A DNA stretch of 63,439 bases, filler included, from Octopus bimaculoides (GCF_001194135.2; 6 parts of 6 records of this genome joined end to end with filler, not necessarily neighbours in it); one strand, 5' to 3'. Counted from the first letter of the whole stretch, positions 1-13,439 are shown. The notes: a model not told the origin generated them from the sequence alone. Made by a program: numbers and translations.

Positions 1-1089
1 ATATATATATATATATAATCTATACACATGTAAGAATTCGTGTATGTGTGTATGCACACACACACACACACATATGTGTACGCATGCGTGTGCATATGTA
101 TATAATATATATAGACATACATACGTACACATATATACGTATGCATGTGGTGGGGGAGTTATGCTGATGTTTGCGTTTCAATGTGTATGTGTATGCTTTT
201 ATATATCTATATGACTACAGCAATTGATGCCATTCCATAGCTTCCTCATTCACTGACACATTCTTTGTATGTATATATTCTAATTTGCTGTATATGTATC
301 GTTCAAGACACACACGACTTTACGTTAAATTTAACATAATTATTCATTAATGTATGCATGCATACATAAATATATAATGAGATAGGAGAGACATATCAAA
401 ACGGGGGTAAAAAATACACATATATAAAATGCTATAGAGTTTAAATTTTATGTAGTGCTACAAAGATGCGCACGAAATATATGTAGCTTTTCAGTATATA
501 ATCAATTCACGAAAATATATGAATTCAAATGTGGCCCTTTGAGATTTCATTGTAAATTTCATTTAATAAATACAATTCTTTTATAAGAGAAACATTTATG
601 CAAGACAGTATATATGAAGAAGGTATGTTTGAACTTATGAATATGAATATATGCAGATAACCTAAGCTAATACGTATATAATGCATATGAATACATTTAT
701 GAAAGAAAAAAAAGTTACACATCATCGTGCACACATAGAGACACGTTTGCATATATCTTTATATATCTCTTGAATATATATGTATCTTGGCAGACACATA
801 TGCATGGAATCACAAAGTCGTATACATGTACATACATATAATTATACACACACACACATATATGTATATATGTATGAATATGAATGAATGAACGNNNNNN
901 NNNNNNNNNNNNNNNNNNNNNNNNNNNNNNNNNNNNNNNNNNNNNNNNNNNNNNNNNNNNNNNNNNNNNNNNNNNNNNNNNNNNNNNNNNNNNNNNNNNN
1001 NNNNNNNNNNNNNNNNNNNNATATATATATACAAATATGCATGGATACACATACATATATACATGCATATATATGTATATATACACACA

Positions 1090-1165
<76 letters not shown>

Positions 1166-1489
1166 TATATATACATACATACACACACATATGTCTGTAT
1201 ATCTGTATATGTATATATGTTTTGTTATTAGGATACACCACCAGTGATCTTAAAACGAAGCATTACATTATGTCACTAATCTAGGTATGGACATGTCCAT
1301 TATTTAATCAAAATATGATGAAAGGCATAAATTATTTCGGTAGTATTTGAATTCAGTCTGTGAACAAATAGCTCAATATATTTTCCCGTCGCCCTAACGA
1401 TGAAGTCAGCTGGCAACCACAATGTGTCTATGTACATAAACATACATATAAACATACCAATAAAAACGCAAACTTGGATACATACTAGA

Positions 1490-1945
1490 GATACTACCTT
1501 CGCCTGAAGCATGATGAAATTGCGAAGGCAATGCTATACGAAGGTAGGATTGCCTGGAGTTATCCATCAAAAGCCTGTCAGAAGCAGCATGTATTTACAC
1601 CTTTAAAATGAAGGAATAATGGTGAAATACTCTAATAAAAAGAGCACTTTGGTGCATACATAACACAACAAATATTTTTCTGTGGTAGAGGGAACGAATG
1701 TCATGCACTATTGTAGGGGTTAACTTCCCAGTGATCGTGAATGTACCATCAAATGTCCAGGAAAAAAGAGAACATTTATAGTGAATTGATGCCGAACTGA
1801 CAGTTGCCTCTCCTTCACTAAAACGTTTCATTTGTTCCTATAAGCAGAAGTTCATTAGGCTTTGTAATCTTAAACTAACACAAACACCTTGAAATACTAG
1901 GTTTCTTCAAATCTATCCTATTAGTGTAAAGCATTTCAAAGATTC
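1490..1945 (+). mobile_element. Degenerate C-terminus of a restriction-like-endonuclease non-LTR retrotransposon (R4/Dong-like)
   Basis: Manual translation across stops and frameshifts gives YLRLKHDEIAKAMLY...HNTTNIFLW*RERMSCTIVGVNFPVIVNV...QEK/ENIYSELM...FVPISRSSLGFV...LEILGF. This follows the post-zinc-knuckle RLE motif order (RHD..HNxPDI..E..P..N..K..Y..L..VP..GxLG). Confidence 0.6.
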
Positions 1946-1996
1946 TCTATCTGAGATTCTCAAGCTCTGAAGTTGTTGGGGAAGGGACTAGTCGTA

Positions 1997-2139
1997 ACTG
2001 GTATTTATCTAATCGACTCCGAAATGATGATAAGCAAATTTGAACTCGTCGGAATTTGAACTCAGAATGTAAAGACGGATGAAATATAGCCAAGCATTTC
2101 ACCTGGCGAGCTAACGATTCTGCCAGCTCGCCACCTTAG
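1997..2139 (-). mobile_element. tRNA-headed SINE, family A (5' part)
   Basis: Reverse complement reads GGTGGCGAGCTGGCAGAATCGTTAGC...TTCTGAGTTCAAATTCCGACGAG with a B-box-like GTTCAAATTCC. It matches more than 10 other copies in the window. Confidence 0.8.
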
Positions 2140-2244
2140 ATATAAAATGGATCACTTCACGGATTTGCGTGTCATCCTTTCCCAGGGCCATGCAAATCGT
2201 CTCTGTATGGTTCCAATTTTAGAATATGTACTCCCATAATCAGT

Positions 2245-2262
2245 ACAATAATAACGATGATG

Positions 2263-2296
<34 letters not shown>

Positions 2297-2306
2297 CAAC
2301 AGCAAC

Positions 2307-2375
<69 letters not shown>
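2245..2375. repeat. (AAT)n microsatellite
   Basis: Directly visible tandem AAT with a few AAC/GAT variants. Confidence 0.95.
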
Positions 2376-2521
2376 TGCACTACTGGGCACTGCACACATC
2401 CTACGCAAAACACATTCAATACAGTAATCATAAGAGCATCACAGCAAACCACAGCACATACTCAAAGCACACAGAGCTGCGCTCGGTAGTGAAGTGAACG
2501 CACATCATAAAAATAAAACTA

Positions 2522-2583
<62 letters not shown>
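2376..2583 (+). mobile_element. 5'-truncated Dong/R4-like LINE 3' end with (AAT)n tail, sitting in an (AAT)n tract
   Basis: Encodes ALLGTAHILRKTHSIQ* (typical RLE-LINE ORF end), followed by a short 3' UTR and (AAT)n. It is flanked by AAT repeats on both sides. Confidence 0.6.
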
Positions 2584-2585
<2 letters not shown>

Positions 2586-2599
2586 CCATACAGCCGCAA

Positions 2600-3020
2600 G
2601 AGAGTTAAGCCCAGTTCATTCTGTAACAACATGAGTGAAGTGAATTCCATCAGAAATCATAACAGAAATGTTATGATTTATACAGAAGGTGGAACATGTA
2701 AAGATTCCCATTTGGTGTCCGCTGCAGAATGCACGAAACACAATTTATTTTGGTTGTACAACAGAACGATTAAACAAAAGGTTTAATGGGCACTGATTCG
2801 ACGTCAGGCACAATAACAATAGTTCGACAGAACTTGCTGGACATTTCGTTTCAAGCAGCTGAAATTTTGAAGAAGACTTGAAAGTGCATATTTTCAGAAA
2901 ACATTCTGAATCTGCTCCACTTTCAGTTCTCAGAATGTATGTGAAGAAATATGTTTGCGGGTTATTAACATCACACCCTGGAGGAATGATTAAGATGACA
3001 GGAGAATATCATCAAACTTA
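2600..3020 (+). mobile_element. Penelope-like element GIY-YIG endonuclease remnant
   Basis: Translation across frameshifts gives GGTCKDSHLVSAAECTKHNLF..TERLNKRFNGH*FDVRH..ELAGHF..FEEDLKVHIF..YVCGLLTSHPGG. This matches the PLE GIY-YIG layout (VY..C..YVG..L..RFNGH..LAxHF..G.N). Confidence 0.65.
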
Positions 3021-3659
3021 TATACAAAACTGTTTGATTAAATATTCTTCTTTCTCTCTTTTTCTTTCCCTTTTTTTCTGTCGTCTTCTGTTTTCAATTT
3101 TTTTTTNNNNNNNNNNNNNNNNNNNNNNNNNNNNNNNNNNNNNNNNNNNNNNNNNNNNNNNNNNNNNNNNNNNNNNNNNNNNNNNNNNNNNNNNNNNNNN
3201 NNNNNNNNNNNNNNNNNNNNNNNNNNNNNNNNNNNNNNNNNNNNNNNNNNNNNNNNNNNNNNNNNNNNNNNNNNNNNNNNNNNNNNNNNNNNNNNNNNNN
3301 NNNNNNNNNNNNNNNNNNNNNNNNNNNNNNNNNNNNNNNNNNNNNNNNNNNNNNNNNNNNNNNNNNNNNNNNNNNNNNNNNNNNNNNNNNNNNNNNNNNN
3401 NNNNNNNNNNNNNNNNNNNNNNNNNNNNNNNNNNNNNNNNNNNNNNNNNNNNNNNNNNNNNNNNNNNNNNNNNNNNNNNNNNNNNNNNNNNNNNNNNNNN
3501 NNNNNNNNNNNNNNNNNNNNNNNNNNNNNNNNNNNNNNNNNNNNNNNNNNNNNNNNNNNNNNNNNNNNNNNNNNNNNNNNNNNNNNNNNNNNNNNNNNNN
3601 NNNNNNNNNNNNNNNNNNNNNNNNNNNNNNNNNNNNNNNNNNNNTATAGTAGTTTTCAA

Positions 3660-4253
3660 ATTTTGACAGAAAGCGAGAGAGTTCGGGGGCGGTGCTAAGT
3701 CGACTGTGTTGACCAAGCGTTCAACTGGCATTTATTTTATCGATCCCGAAAGGATGAAAGACAAAGTCGATAAAACTGAATTTTATTTCAGAACTTGAAA
3801 ACGGACAAAATTCTGTTAAGCATTTTGTCCCGCCTGCTAACGATTCTTTTATACTCTTGGTGAAAGGTACAAATTTTGGGTGAGGGGGCCAGTGTATTAG
3901 ATCGACCCCAGTACGCAACTAGTACTTAATTTATCGAACCCGAAAGGATGAAAGGCAAAGTCAACCTCGGCGGAACTCAGAAACAGACGAAATACCGCTA
4001 AGCATTTCGCCCGACGCGCTAACGTTTCTCCCAGCACACCGCCCTCATATTCATTTCAAGTTTCGGCAGAAGGCGAACAATTTCGGAGGAGGGGCAACGT
4101 TTATTATATGAACTGGAACTTATTTTATCGACACCGAAAGGAAGGATGGCCAAGTCAACCACGTCGTAATCTGAACTTTGAAGTGAAGGGCGGACGAAAT
4201 GGCACTAAATATTTTGCCAGGCGTACTAACGATTCTTCGAGCACGCTGCTTTA
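3660..4253 (-). mobile_element. Three head-to-tail SINE family A copies (~3660-3848, 3866-4048, 4060-4253)
   Basis: Three successive reverse-complement matches to the family A pattern (ATCGACCCCGAAAGGATGAAAGGCAAAGTC...AAGCATTTCGCCC...GCTAACG), with different degrees of decay. Confidence 0.8.
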
Positions 4254-4783
4254 ATATTTAGAATAACAATAATAACAACAAACCAAAACCTTTTCATTTA
4301 CATAGTTATTCATTCTCATATACAAGTAACACTTGAATCTCCCTAGTATTGTCCCAGATTTCAAAAACAAAAAAACCCCAAATAATAAAAAATAAAAAAT
4401 CGGACCCTATTACATGATCATGTATTCGTGGATGCACAATGGATAATCAACGCTGAAAACACTTTTGAGTAGTTCGGAATTGGGTTAGTTAAAGGACTAC
4501 AATCGAAATAACATTATCAATAAAATTATGCCTTGATTGTGATAGCCTATGTAAGTTCTGATTTGGATTTGCCTTTTACCGTTACCGATCGTAAAAAAAA
4601 GAGTGTGTTGCCAATAATATAATTGTATTGATTGAGACTGCTTCAAAAGAAATATTGCACTTTACTGAAGTAACTATATTCTTCTAATTAATGATGAACG
4701 TTATTACAAAGAATACAACATTAATCTGTTATACATACTTACACAAATATACACACATATATAACTAGTATATAATAAATATA

Positions 4784-4789
<6 letters not shown>

Positions 4790-4873
<84 letters not shown>
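4790..4873. repeat. (TA)n microsatellite
   Basis: Directly visible perfect TA run. Confidence 0.95.
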
Positions 4874-4876
<3 letters not shown>

Positions 4877-5523
4877 TCACGCACACATGGCAAAGACACA
4901 TTGATATATACATCGAAACACATGACGTATTTACGCATGTGTACATATATACTTACACACGTTTATATGCGTTTAAGTATGTGTTCCATACAAACGTTTC
5001 AGATCCACTCTGTCTTCCAGTAGTCCTTCATAAACTTTACCCTATGCCGTTATTATTCCTATGACCATATCTCTATTGATTTATCAAACCCATAATCAGA
5101 AATGTTGCAATCTAGTGCATTTCATGCGCATTCAAACTCAATATATCATGTATTATAAAATATAGTGCCCCATTTCTGAGGCATTATCATATAATTTTAA
5201 AGAGTTGTGCCTACTAAATCTTGCAGACCGAACAGTGAAGTATAGGATATTCGTTGTCTAGTATCACACTGGACTTTCTGTTGCAGTTGTCACACTCCTT
5301 AGTGCCACCTCTTCAGTGGATAGATAGTTATTCCATTATATGATTCACATAAAATAACATAGGATTAACAATTCTACAGACGTGGAAGACTGCAGTTTAT
5401 AAACGCATTCATACGCTCACACACATCCACAAGCAAATAGGCGTATACACATATTTCCATGCAGAAACGTACGTGCATTGGTTTTCATGAATCTTTGGCC
5501 AAGTCAATATATATGTGTATGTA

Positions 5524-5680
5524 TGGTGGCATGCCGGGAGAAACGTTAGCACGCCGGGCGAAATGCTGAGCAGTATTTCGTTTGTCTTTACGTTCTGAGT
5601 TCGAATCCTGCCGAGGTCAACTTTCCCATTCATCCTTTCGATGTTGATAAATTAAGTACCAGTTGTGTACTGGGATCGAT
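5524..5680 (+). mobile_element. SINE family A, 3'-truncated at a hairpin element
   Basis: GAAACGTTAGCACGCCGGGCGAAATGCTGAGC...GAGTTCGAATCCTGCCGAGGTC...AAGTACCAGTTGTGTACTGGGATCGAT, ending where the inverted repeat starts. Confidence 0.8.
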
Positions 5681-5790
5681 ATAAAGAATAACTTTCAGAA
5701 ACAATAGTGATTTATTGAGACGAATCGTTGTGTATTATTTTCGTATCGTCTCAATAAATCACTATTGTTTCTGAAAGTTATTCTTTATAT
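5679..5790. repeat. Perfect 45-bp inverted repeat with 22-nt loop (miniature fold-back/MITE-like)
   Basis: 5679-5723 is the exact reverse complement of 5746-5790 (checked base by base). Confidence 0.9.
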
Positions 5791-5867
5791 TTACTATTAG
5801 GTTGAAGACAACATTTTTCCTACATCTCGAACGCTGGATTTTACATATATATATATAGAGAGAGAGA

Positions 5868-6178
5868 GCGTCGAGCTTACGATCATGAGGCTGTGAGTTC
5901 AATTCCCGGGCAGGGCTGCGTGTTGTGTTCTTGAGCAAGACATTTTATTTCACGTTGCGCCAGTTAACTCAGCTGTAGAAATAAGTTGCGGCATCACTGG
6001 TGCCAAGCTGTATCGGCCTTTGCTTTTCCCTTGGATAACACCAATGGTACGAGAGGAGGGCTGGTATGCATGGGCGACTGCTGGCTTTCCATAAACAATC
6101 TTGTCCGGACTTGTGACTCGGATGGTAACTTTCTAGGTGCAATCCCATGGTCATCCATGACAGAAGAGAGGTTTCCTT
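5868..6178 (+). mobile_element. tRNA-headed SINE, family C (CORE-like central domain)
   Basis: B-box-like GAGTTCAATTCCC followed by GTGTTCTTGAGCAAGACA...CCAGTTAACTCAGCTGTA, which resembles the SINE CORE motif. Confidence 0.55.
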
Positions 6179-6481
6179 CTCATATATATATATATATATA
6201 TATATATGCAAGCATTTTGACGGTGTTTCACTTTGCAGAATCAGCCGTGCAGAAGTGTCCTCACGTCTCCCGGATACGATACGTCGGTTGATGGATAGAT
6301 GTTTGTATATACATGTGTGTATATTTATACATATTTCTTCATGTATAATTACACACACATACATATATATAAACATCCATCCATCTATCTATCTATCTAC
6401 CTATAACGGCATCATATCCGGAGATATGAAAACACTTTTGCGCAGGTTTTCTGCATCATTAACCCTAGCCAAAATACACAC

Positions 6482-6515
<34 letters not shown>

Positions 6516-7263
6516 CTTTACATATAGGGAGGTGGGGTATGTCTTCACAGGTACATACATATACATGCTTCTGTGTGTGGTTGAACATATAATACAGAAT
6601 ATGTGTAACTCTCTTTATCTGAACCGCTATCACCGAAATCTTACGTTTATTCATATATAAACGCATTTATGTACGTAATATTGTGATGTCCTCCAATCAC
6701 TATATTGACTTATTTCTGCAGAAACTTTCTATTAATTGCAAGTTTATCTGCATAGAACATTATGTGTACATATCTCCGTTATCCCCCGCCACCAATTCCG
6801 CCAATTTCATTCCTTGTATAAACTTCCCTTTCTCTCTATGCTACACTATCACATATAGACACATACGCTCACACACACATTGCTAGCAATGAATACATAA
6901 ATAATCACGCATACCGTAAATCGTGTAACATTATCGATTAGTAAATATGTGGCTAAGCTGTGGGTGTTTATCTTAATTCAAGATTTAATGCTAACGGGGG
7001 TCACCTATTGCTCACCCTTTCTTCAATTTCCATGTTTCCTTCATTTTGCATTTTCGTCATTCTGTTGCCCCCCCCCCACCGTATATCTCTGTCTCTGTTC
7101 CATTTTCTTTTTCTCTCTCTATTTCTTTCTTCCTTTCTTTCTGTCTTTCTTTTTTTCTTTCTTTATCGTCTCTTTCTTTCTCACTCTCTCTCCAACAATC
7201 TATACCCGCTCTCACACTCCCCCACACTCCACATGCCTTGCTCCCTTGCCCTCTGTATTGTAG

Positions 7264-7337
7264 TCAACCGCTCTCTTCATGCCAGTTGGTTGGCTGACAG
7301 TCTGATGCAGGAAGCGATCGCTGGGAACTGGCTGTAA
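7264..7337 (+). CDS. Weak candidate terminal coding exon (…NRSLHASWLADSLMQEAIAGNWL*)
   Basis: Pyrimidine-rich acceptor CTTGCCCTCTGTATTGTAG|, a locally higher-GC unique sequence, TAA at 7335-7337 and AATAAA at 7380. No upstream exon was identified and I recognise no homology. Confidence 0.2.
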
Positions 7338-8718
7338 TCCAAAATCCCTTCGGCTGTTGCCAATGGCACAGTGTTTCTGAATAAACATACCGTTCCAATG
7401 GCTAATGAAGTACATACTTATGACTACTACAAAATAATTTTGCAAATATGTACAGCAAACGTACACTGAGACCGACGGGCAATCAAGAAAACAGCCAAGT
7501 CAAATGGGGTTAACTTCTAATTCTTTCACAGCGTTAAGCTTAAGAATAAAACATTGGCTAACAGTTTGACTTTCACGTTGGCATAATATGGACCCCGCTG
7601 GCATTGAGCTGTTTTCGTACAAATCGAATTGTTGAAATTGTACATATATTCTCCCTATAAACTTATCTATATGTCTGTTTGCATGCCCGCTACTGTCTCT
7701 CTCGCTTTCATTCTCTCTCTCCTACTTTTTCTCAGTTAATTTCTTACAAGTTATTTTTCCATATTTATCAACAAAGTCACACACATTAAGCGCATGATTA
7801 TACATTCTCTCCCCCTCCTCTCTATATATGTCTATTATGTATACATCTATCTCCCTGTACACACACATGTATACATGTAAAGCGTATATATGTATCTCTC
7901 TCTGTGTCTCTCTGTCTATATATATATATACATCTATTTGTTTAGTTCGAAACATCCCATTCGATTTGTTTATGAATATGTTTGTGTTTGTGTGCTGTGT
8001 GTGCTCAAGGGTGTGGCTGTGTATGTTCTAGAGATAATGCGTGTATAAGGTAATGGCATGTGCTTGCACTTATACACATATTTGCACGTGCATGTATAAA
8101 TGTAAATATATATACATATGTATACATATATATATATAGATAGATACATAGATATATACATATATATATACATATATATATATANNNNNNNNNNNNNNNN
8201 NNNNNNNNNNNNNNNNNNNNNNNNNNNNNNNNNNNNNNNNNNNNNNNNNNNNNNNNNNNNNNNNNNNNNNNNNNNNNNNNNNNNNNNNNNNNNNNNNNNN
8301 NNNNNNNNNNNNNNNNNNNNNNNNNNNNNNNNNNNNNNNNNNNNNNNNNNNNNNNNNNNNNNNNNNNNNNNNNNNNNNNNNNNNNNNNNNNNNNNNNNNN
8401 NNNNNNNNNNNNNNNNNNNNNNNNNNNNNNNNNNNNNNNNNNNNNNNNNNNNNNNNNNNNNNNNNNNNNNNNNNNNNNNNNNNNNNNNNNNNNNNNNNNN
8501 NNNNNNNNNNNNNNNNNNNNNNNNNNNNNNNNNNNNNNNNNNNNNNNNNNNNNNNNNNNNNNNNNNNNNNNNNNNNNNNNNNNNNNNNNNNNNNNNNNNN
8601 NNNNNNNNNNNNNNNNNNNNNNNNNNNNNNNNNNNNNNNNNNNNNNNNNNNNNNNNNNNNNNNNNNNNNNNNNNNNNNNNNNNNNNNNNNNNNNNNNNNN
8701 NNNNNNNNNNNNNNNNNN

Positions 8719-8753
<35 letters not shown>

Positions 8754-10543
8754 TATATAGGTAAGCCGCACGCGTGGCCTCCCGAATCCACCTGTAATAC
8801 AACAGTCTGTGTCTGATAGCTCAGAAGACCGCGTAGGCGGGCTCAGCAAACCAACTTGCTTAGAGCGGAAGAAGCTGTAGTGAAAGAAGTCAGAAAGGTT
8901 TCAAAGAACATACAAATCCGTTTAGCATAACCAAAATGCAAGACCTTTCCTTAAGAGGCCAATAACATGTATGGAATAGATAAATAGTCATTTAGAGAGT
9001 TTTAAGAGAGTTCGTTTATCTCTGAAATGTGTAGACTTCTTTGCGTTAGTTCTTTTATTCACCCCAAAGTTTCATTTTCTATCTTCCTTTTTTATGTCAT
9101 TTTTTTTTTCAACTGAACTCTTTGACGGTCCGATTTCACTTCCAAAGTGACGGTCCTATTCCGCTTCTTTACGTTGCCAAGTTTACACACTTTTTCAAAA
9201 CCGTTCACTGATCACATTAACGGCCGAAACCAACTGCACAGTCTACACCACATACTGTGTTAACTGTTCCATACGAAATCCCCTGGCACCGTCGCTCACA
9301 TCGACTGCCTCACATCTACCACATGGCACCGACTACTACATAAAACCGTTCAAATCGGTTTCCAGCACCTCATATTTGAACGTCGCACATCGATTTCTAG
9401 TGCGAATTTCAAACCACCTGTTCACATTGGCTTCTAGCGCGAAATTTCTTTTTAATTAGCCACTAGGATCAAAACACTGATGGGACGGCACAAGGACATA
9501 CAAGACATTGAAGAGGGAAAAAGAACCAAATAGAATGAAAAATGAAAATATGAAATTATGAAAAGCAAAACCTGAGAGCGTTGTTCGTACGAGTGAGAAG
9601 TTATCTGAATGTTTTCGTTGTATTTATGTATGTATGTATGTATGTATGTATGTATGTAGGTTGGTAGGTAGGTATGTAGGCGTGGATGTGCAGGTTGAAT
9701 GGCTCAGTGAATTGTATGCTTCAATGAGTTCGTCTCCGCATATCGGGGCTATCAGTCATGTTTATAGTAAAACATGTACCTCTGATTTGTCATCAAATTT
9801 GTCCAAACTGGAAATTATTAAAAAAAAAAAATTAATTAATAAGAAACCAACTTCTTACTGATTACAGCAGGTCTAGAATTTCTTCCGATTCAGACAGGTA
9901 TAATCCGGCGTGTTTATATATATACTCGTATTTTACCTGAAGTTTTGTAAATTGTGTTAGCACCGTTTACAGACGCGCACAGTACATACTCAGCTGGGAG
10001 CGCACATTTGTGTGTCTATCTATATCATTATACACTATCTAATATATAAAAAAAAACATACATATTCAAAGCCAACTAGTATCTCAGTGTATTTTCACCA
10101 CCAAATTAATTCGGCGCCCAGGAAGAACCGCCATCAGCACTGGGATAGTAATGTCATAGAAGGTTTGATCATTGTTTAACCTAAGTTTGTTACACGCGTC
10201 CATCTACTTTGATCAGTACTTATCTTATAATCGCAGGAAAAGTTAAAGACATAGTTACTCGGAACAAGCAAAATGGTATTACAATGACTGGAAGGATTAA
10301 GGATAATAGTAATAATATTATTGTTAACTCTAATAATGTTAAAATTCAACAACATAATACTATTAGACACTGCAACACAAATAATAATCATGGTTAAAAT
10401 TATATACTGTCTGCCAAACGTTGATAATGTTACAAAGAACTCTCGCCGTAAATAGAAATAAAATCTCTAACGTAAATCATAACATGCGTTCACACAATAC
10501 GTATAAACGAAATATAGATTATTATAAATTAACAAATATATGT

Positions 10544-10595
<52 letters not shown>

Positions 10596-10675
10596 TTTAA
10601 TACTACTACTACTACCACCATGACTACTGCCACTCAATGACCACGCCTTGCTCTATTACTACACATCGAGAAAGT

Positions 10676-10865
10676 CGTCGAGCTGGCAGAAATGCTTAGT
10701 GCTATTTCGATGGTCTTTACGTTCTGAGTTTAAATTCCGCCGAAGTCAACTTTGCGTTTCGTCCTTTCAAGGACTATGAATTAAGTACCAGTTGCGTACT
10801 CGGGTCGATCTATTCAAGTGGCCCCATGCCCCAAAATTTCGGGCCTTGTGTGTAGAGCAGCGAAG
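10676..10865 (+). mobile_element. SINE family A, near full length
   Basis: CGAGCTGGCAGAAATGCTTAG...GAGTTTAAATTCCGCCGAAGTC...CCCCAAAATTTCGGGCCTTGTG. Confidence 0.8.
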
Positions 10866-11910
10866 ATTACTACTAATGGGAATAAAGATCGGATTAGTAG
10901 TTCATATCTAGTTAAATTTGGACATTATGTCACGGATAACATTGAGTATGAAATTGTTTGGCACATAATAATGTATTGGAGAGGGAAATAAATAAGGTGG
11001 TCGTGGTTGGGATCGGTTCCGCGTACCTGATACATTCCATATCAAATCAAACATTATTAATAAACGCACCGAATTGATTAAAAAATGCGGGTACTTAACA
11101 ATTAAATCGTTCTAATGTATGATATATACCTAATGTTAATTTAACTTATTACACTGATAAACTTCATATCATTGATTGCTAAGAATGACTAATTTCTTAT
11201 TAAACCAGGATCACAACATAGCACAACATTGTAATATATAGCGTTTTTTTTTTACCAATATCTATCGTTTGCCTATTATTTAAAAGTATCTCACACCTTT
11301 AGACATTTATACACAACATTATACTACTTTAATAAGTCCGGGGTTCTTACATTTTGGGCTTTTCTCATTGTACAACTCTGGAACTCCTTATTGTCATGCT
11401 TGAAAACTTTTATCTTAGATATTATTTACTTGATATTATTTATCCGCAAGTTTATTTTATATAATCCCTTAGGGAGATTTGCCTGATAGAAGTGTTTACT
11501 GTTCATCTGTAGTGACTGGTAGTATATATCCGTGCATGCGCTTGCAAACATATGCACAGATATGTACATATGTTTGTGTGTGTGTGTATACATACGTGTG
11601 AATATATGTATGTTTTTATAAATATTCATGTGTGTGTACGTAAATATATGAAATTTTAGCCTGTTTTTGTGCGTATAAAATGAATAACTGCATATATGCG
11701 TATGTGATTGCGTGTACGTGCATAGACACACCTACACATATATGCATATAAATGTGCGTATTTATGTGAATATATGCATATATGCATAAATCGTTGTATG
11801 CATACATTTATTTTCATTTATATTTAAAATCCGTTCGTGTTTTGTATTTTGTGCATATATTCATATAGCTTCGAATGTACATGAGTTTATACATGCACAT
11901 TGTATACACA

Positions 11911-11977
<67 letters not shown>

Positions 11978-12700
11978 CACACACANNNNNNNNNNNNNNN
12001 NNNNNNNNNNNNNNNNNNNNNNNNNNNNNTTAATTAATTAANNNNNNNNNNNNNNNNNNNNNNNNNNNNNNNNNNNNNNNNNNNNTATATATATATATAT
12101 ATATATTTATTTTATTTATTTATTTCACACGCACATTTATCATAGATAGCAGTATTTACTGTGATATCTCACACTTTCACCATAAACGTGCATTAAGTGA
12201 TCCAAAGGATTCTTTGCAAGTAAGGACATCAATATTATATGCAACCAAGCGCGCGTCCGCACACCAATGCACTCACACACTCACACACTCGCACTCGCAC
12301 ACGCACACACGCACACATATACATACTCACACGCACACGCGGGCATTCATTAGTGGCCTTACCATGCTTAGGATATGTTTATGATATAAGTGTATTTCAA
12401 AGGGTAGTTCAGAGCCGATATGCTTCTATGTATGTATGTATGTATGTATGTATGTACATATGTATGTATATGTATATGCATGCATGTATGTATGTATGTA
12501 TGTATATATGTATGTATGTATGTATGCATGTATGTATATATGTTTTTATGTATGTATGTATGTATGTATGCATGCATCCATGTATGTATATATGTGTATG
12601 TATGTATGTATGCATGCTTTTATGCATATATGTGTATCTGTTTATAGTTATACATGTAAAACGCATAGATTTATTGCATATCCTTTCACATATATATATG

Positions 12701-12735
<35 letters not shown>

Positions 12736-12847
12736 GTTACTTTTAAACACATTTGTCTTATTTACATATACACACCGTTGTATACACACATGCGTCAACA
12801 CATATGCGCAAATACGTATGCACACGGGCACACACATATCTACCTGT

Positions 12848-12905
<58 letters not shown>

Positions 12906-13439
12906 CTGTGTGTGTGTGTGTCTGTCTGGCTGTCTCTTTCTATCTGAATTTATGGAATGCCAAGGGAATAAGAATTGCGCAGGCATTTCTATTAGAGTTC
13001 TTTATCACCTGGATTAGCTGCCTTCGTCATGGCTTATAGACCAGCCCACGTTGGTAAATTATATGCAGAGCTGGATACTAAACCAGAAAGTCCTTCTGCG
13101 TAAATACCCACATGCGCATTAGGTGTCAACTCGTCCTCGAGTGTGATGTCTTAGTATTTATTCTTGAACCTTTTATTCTTGCATGACTTCGTAAATAATT
13201 TATCATGTTAACTTCCGATTTTATCACCTTGCCACGCATTGTACTGAAGTTACTGTATTTACTTCATACCATGATGCCCTCTCGTGTGACTCTTGAACCT
13301 AGCCAGAGAAAGACAGATTCTTCACACATTATAGACAAATAAACGACTTGTGTTTCTGATGTAACGCTACTTGATAGTGTAGCAACATTTACTTAAGCGA
13401 ACATCTATAATAAAGCGTAACGTAATGGCTTTTAGTGAA

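Noticed and set aside
5986-6291. 101-aa ORF MRHHWCQAVS…
   Set aside because: It lies within a SINE and runs into a TA repeat.
8760-8880. AG|GTAAGC donor-like site and short ORF GLPNPPVIQQSVSDSSEDRVGG…
   Set aside because: Only TA repeats and a gap lie upstream, so no exon can be supported.
10548-10625. (CTA)n(CTG)n tract as a polyQ/poly-amino-acid coding repeat
   Set aside because: There is no enclosing ORF or splice signals; it is an ordinary compound microsatellite.
12030-12041. TTAATTAATTAA inside N runs (also 34286, 47350, 53700, 61103)
   Set aside because: Always 44 N + 12 nt + 44 N = 100 bp, with stops in all six frames. This is a scaffolding spacer, not biology.
12950-13110. Aquaporin-like IAQAFLLEFFIT and a MAYRPAHV… mini-ORF
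   Set aside because: The frames stop within a few codons and there are no NPA motifs or matching exons. It may be decayed RTE endonuclease upstream of the 13.4-kb relic.
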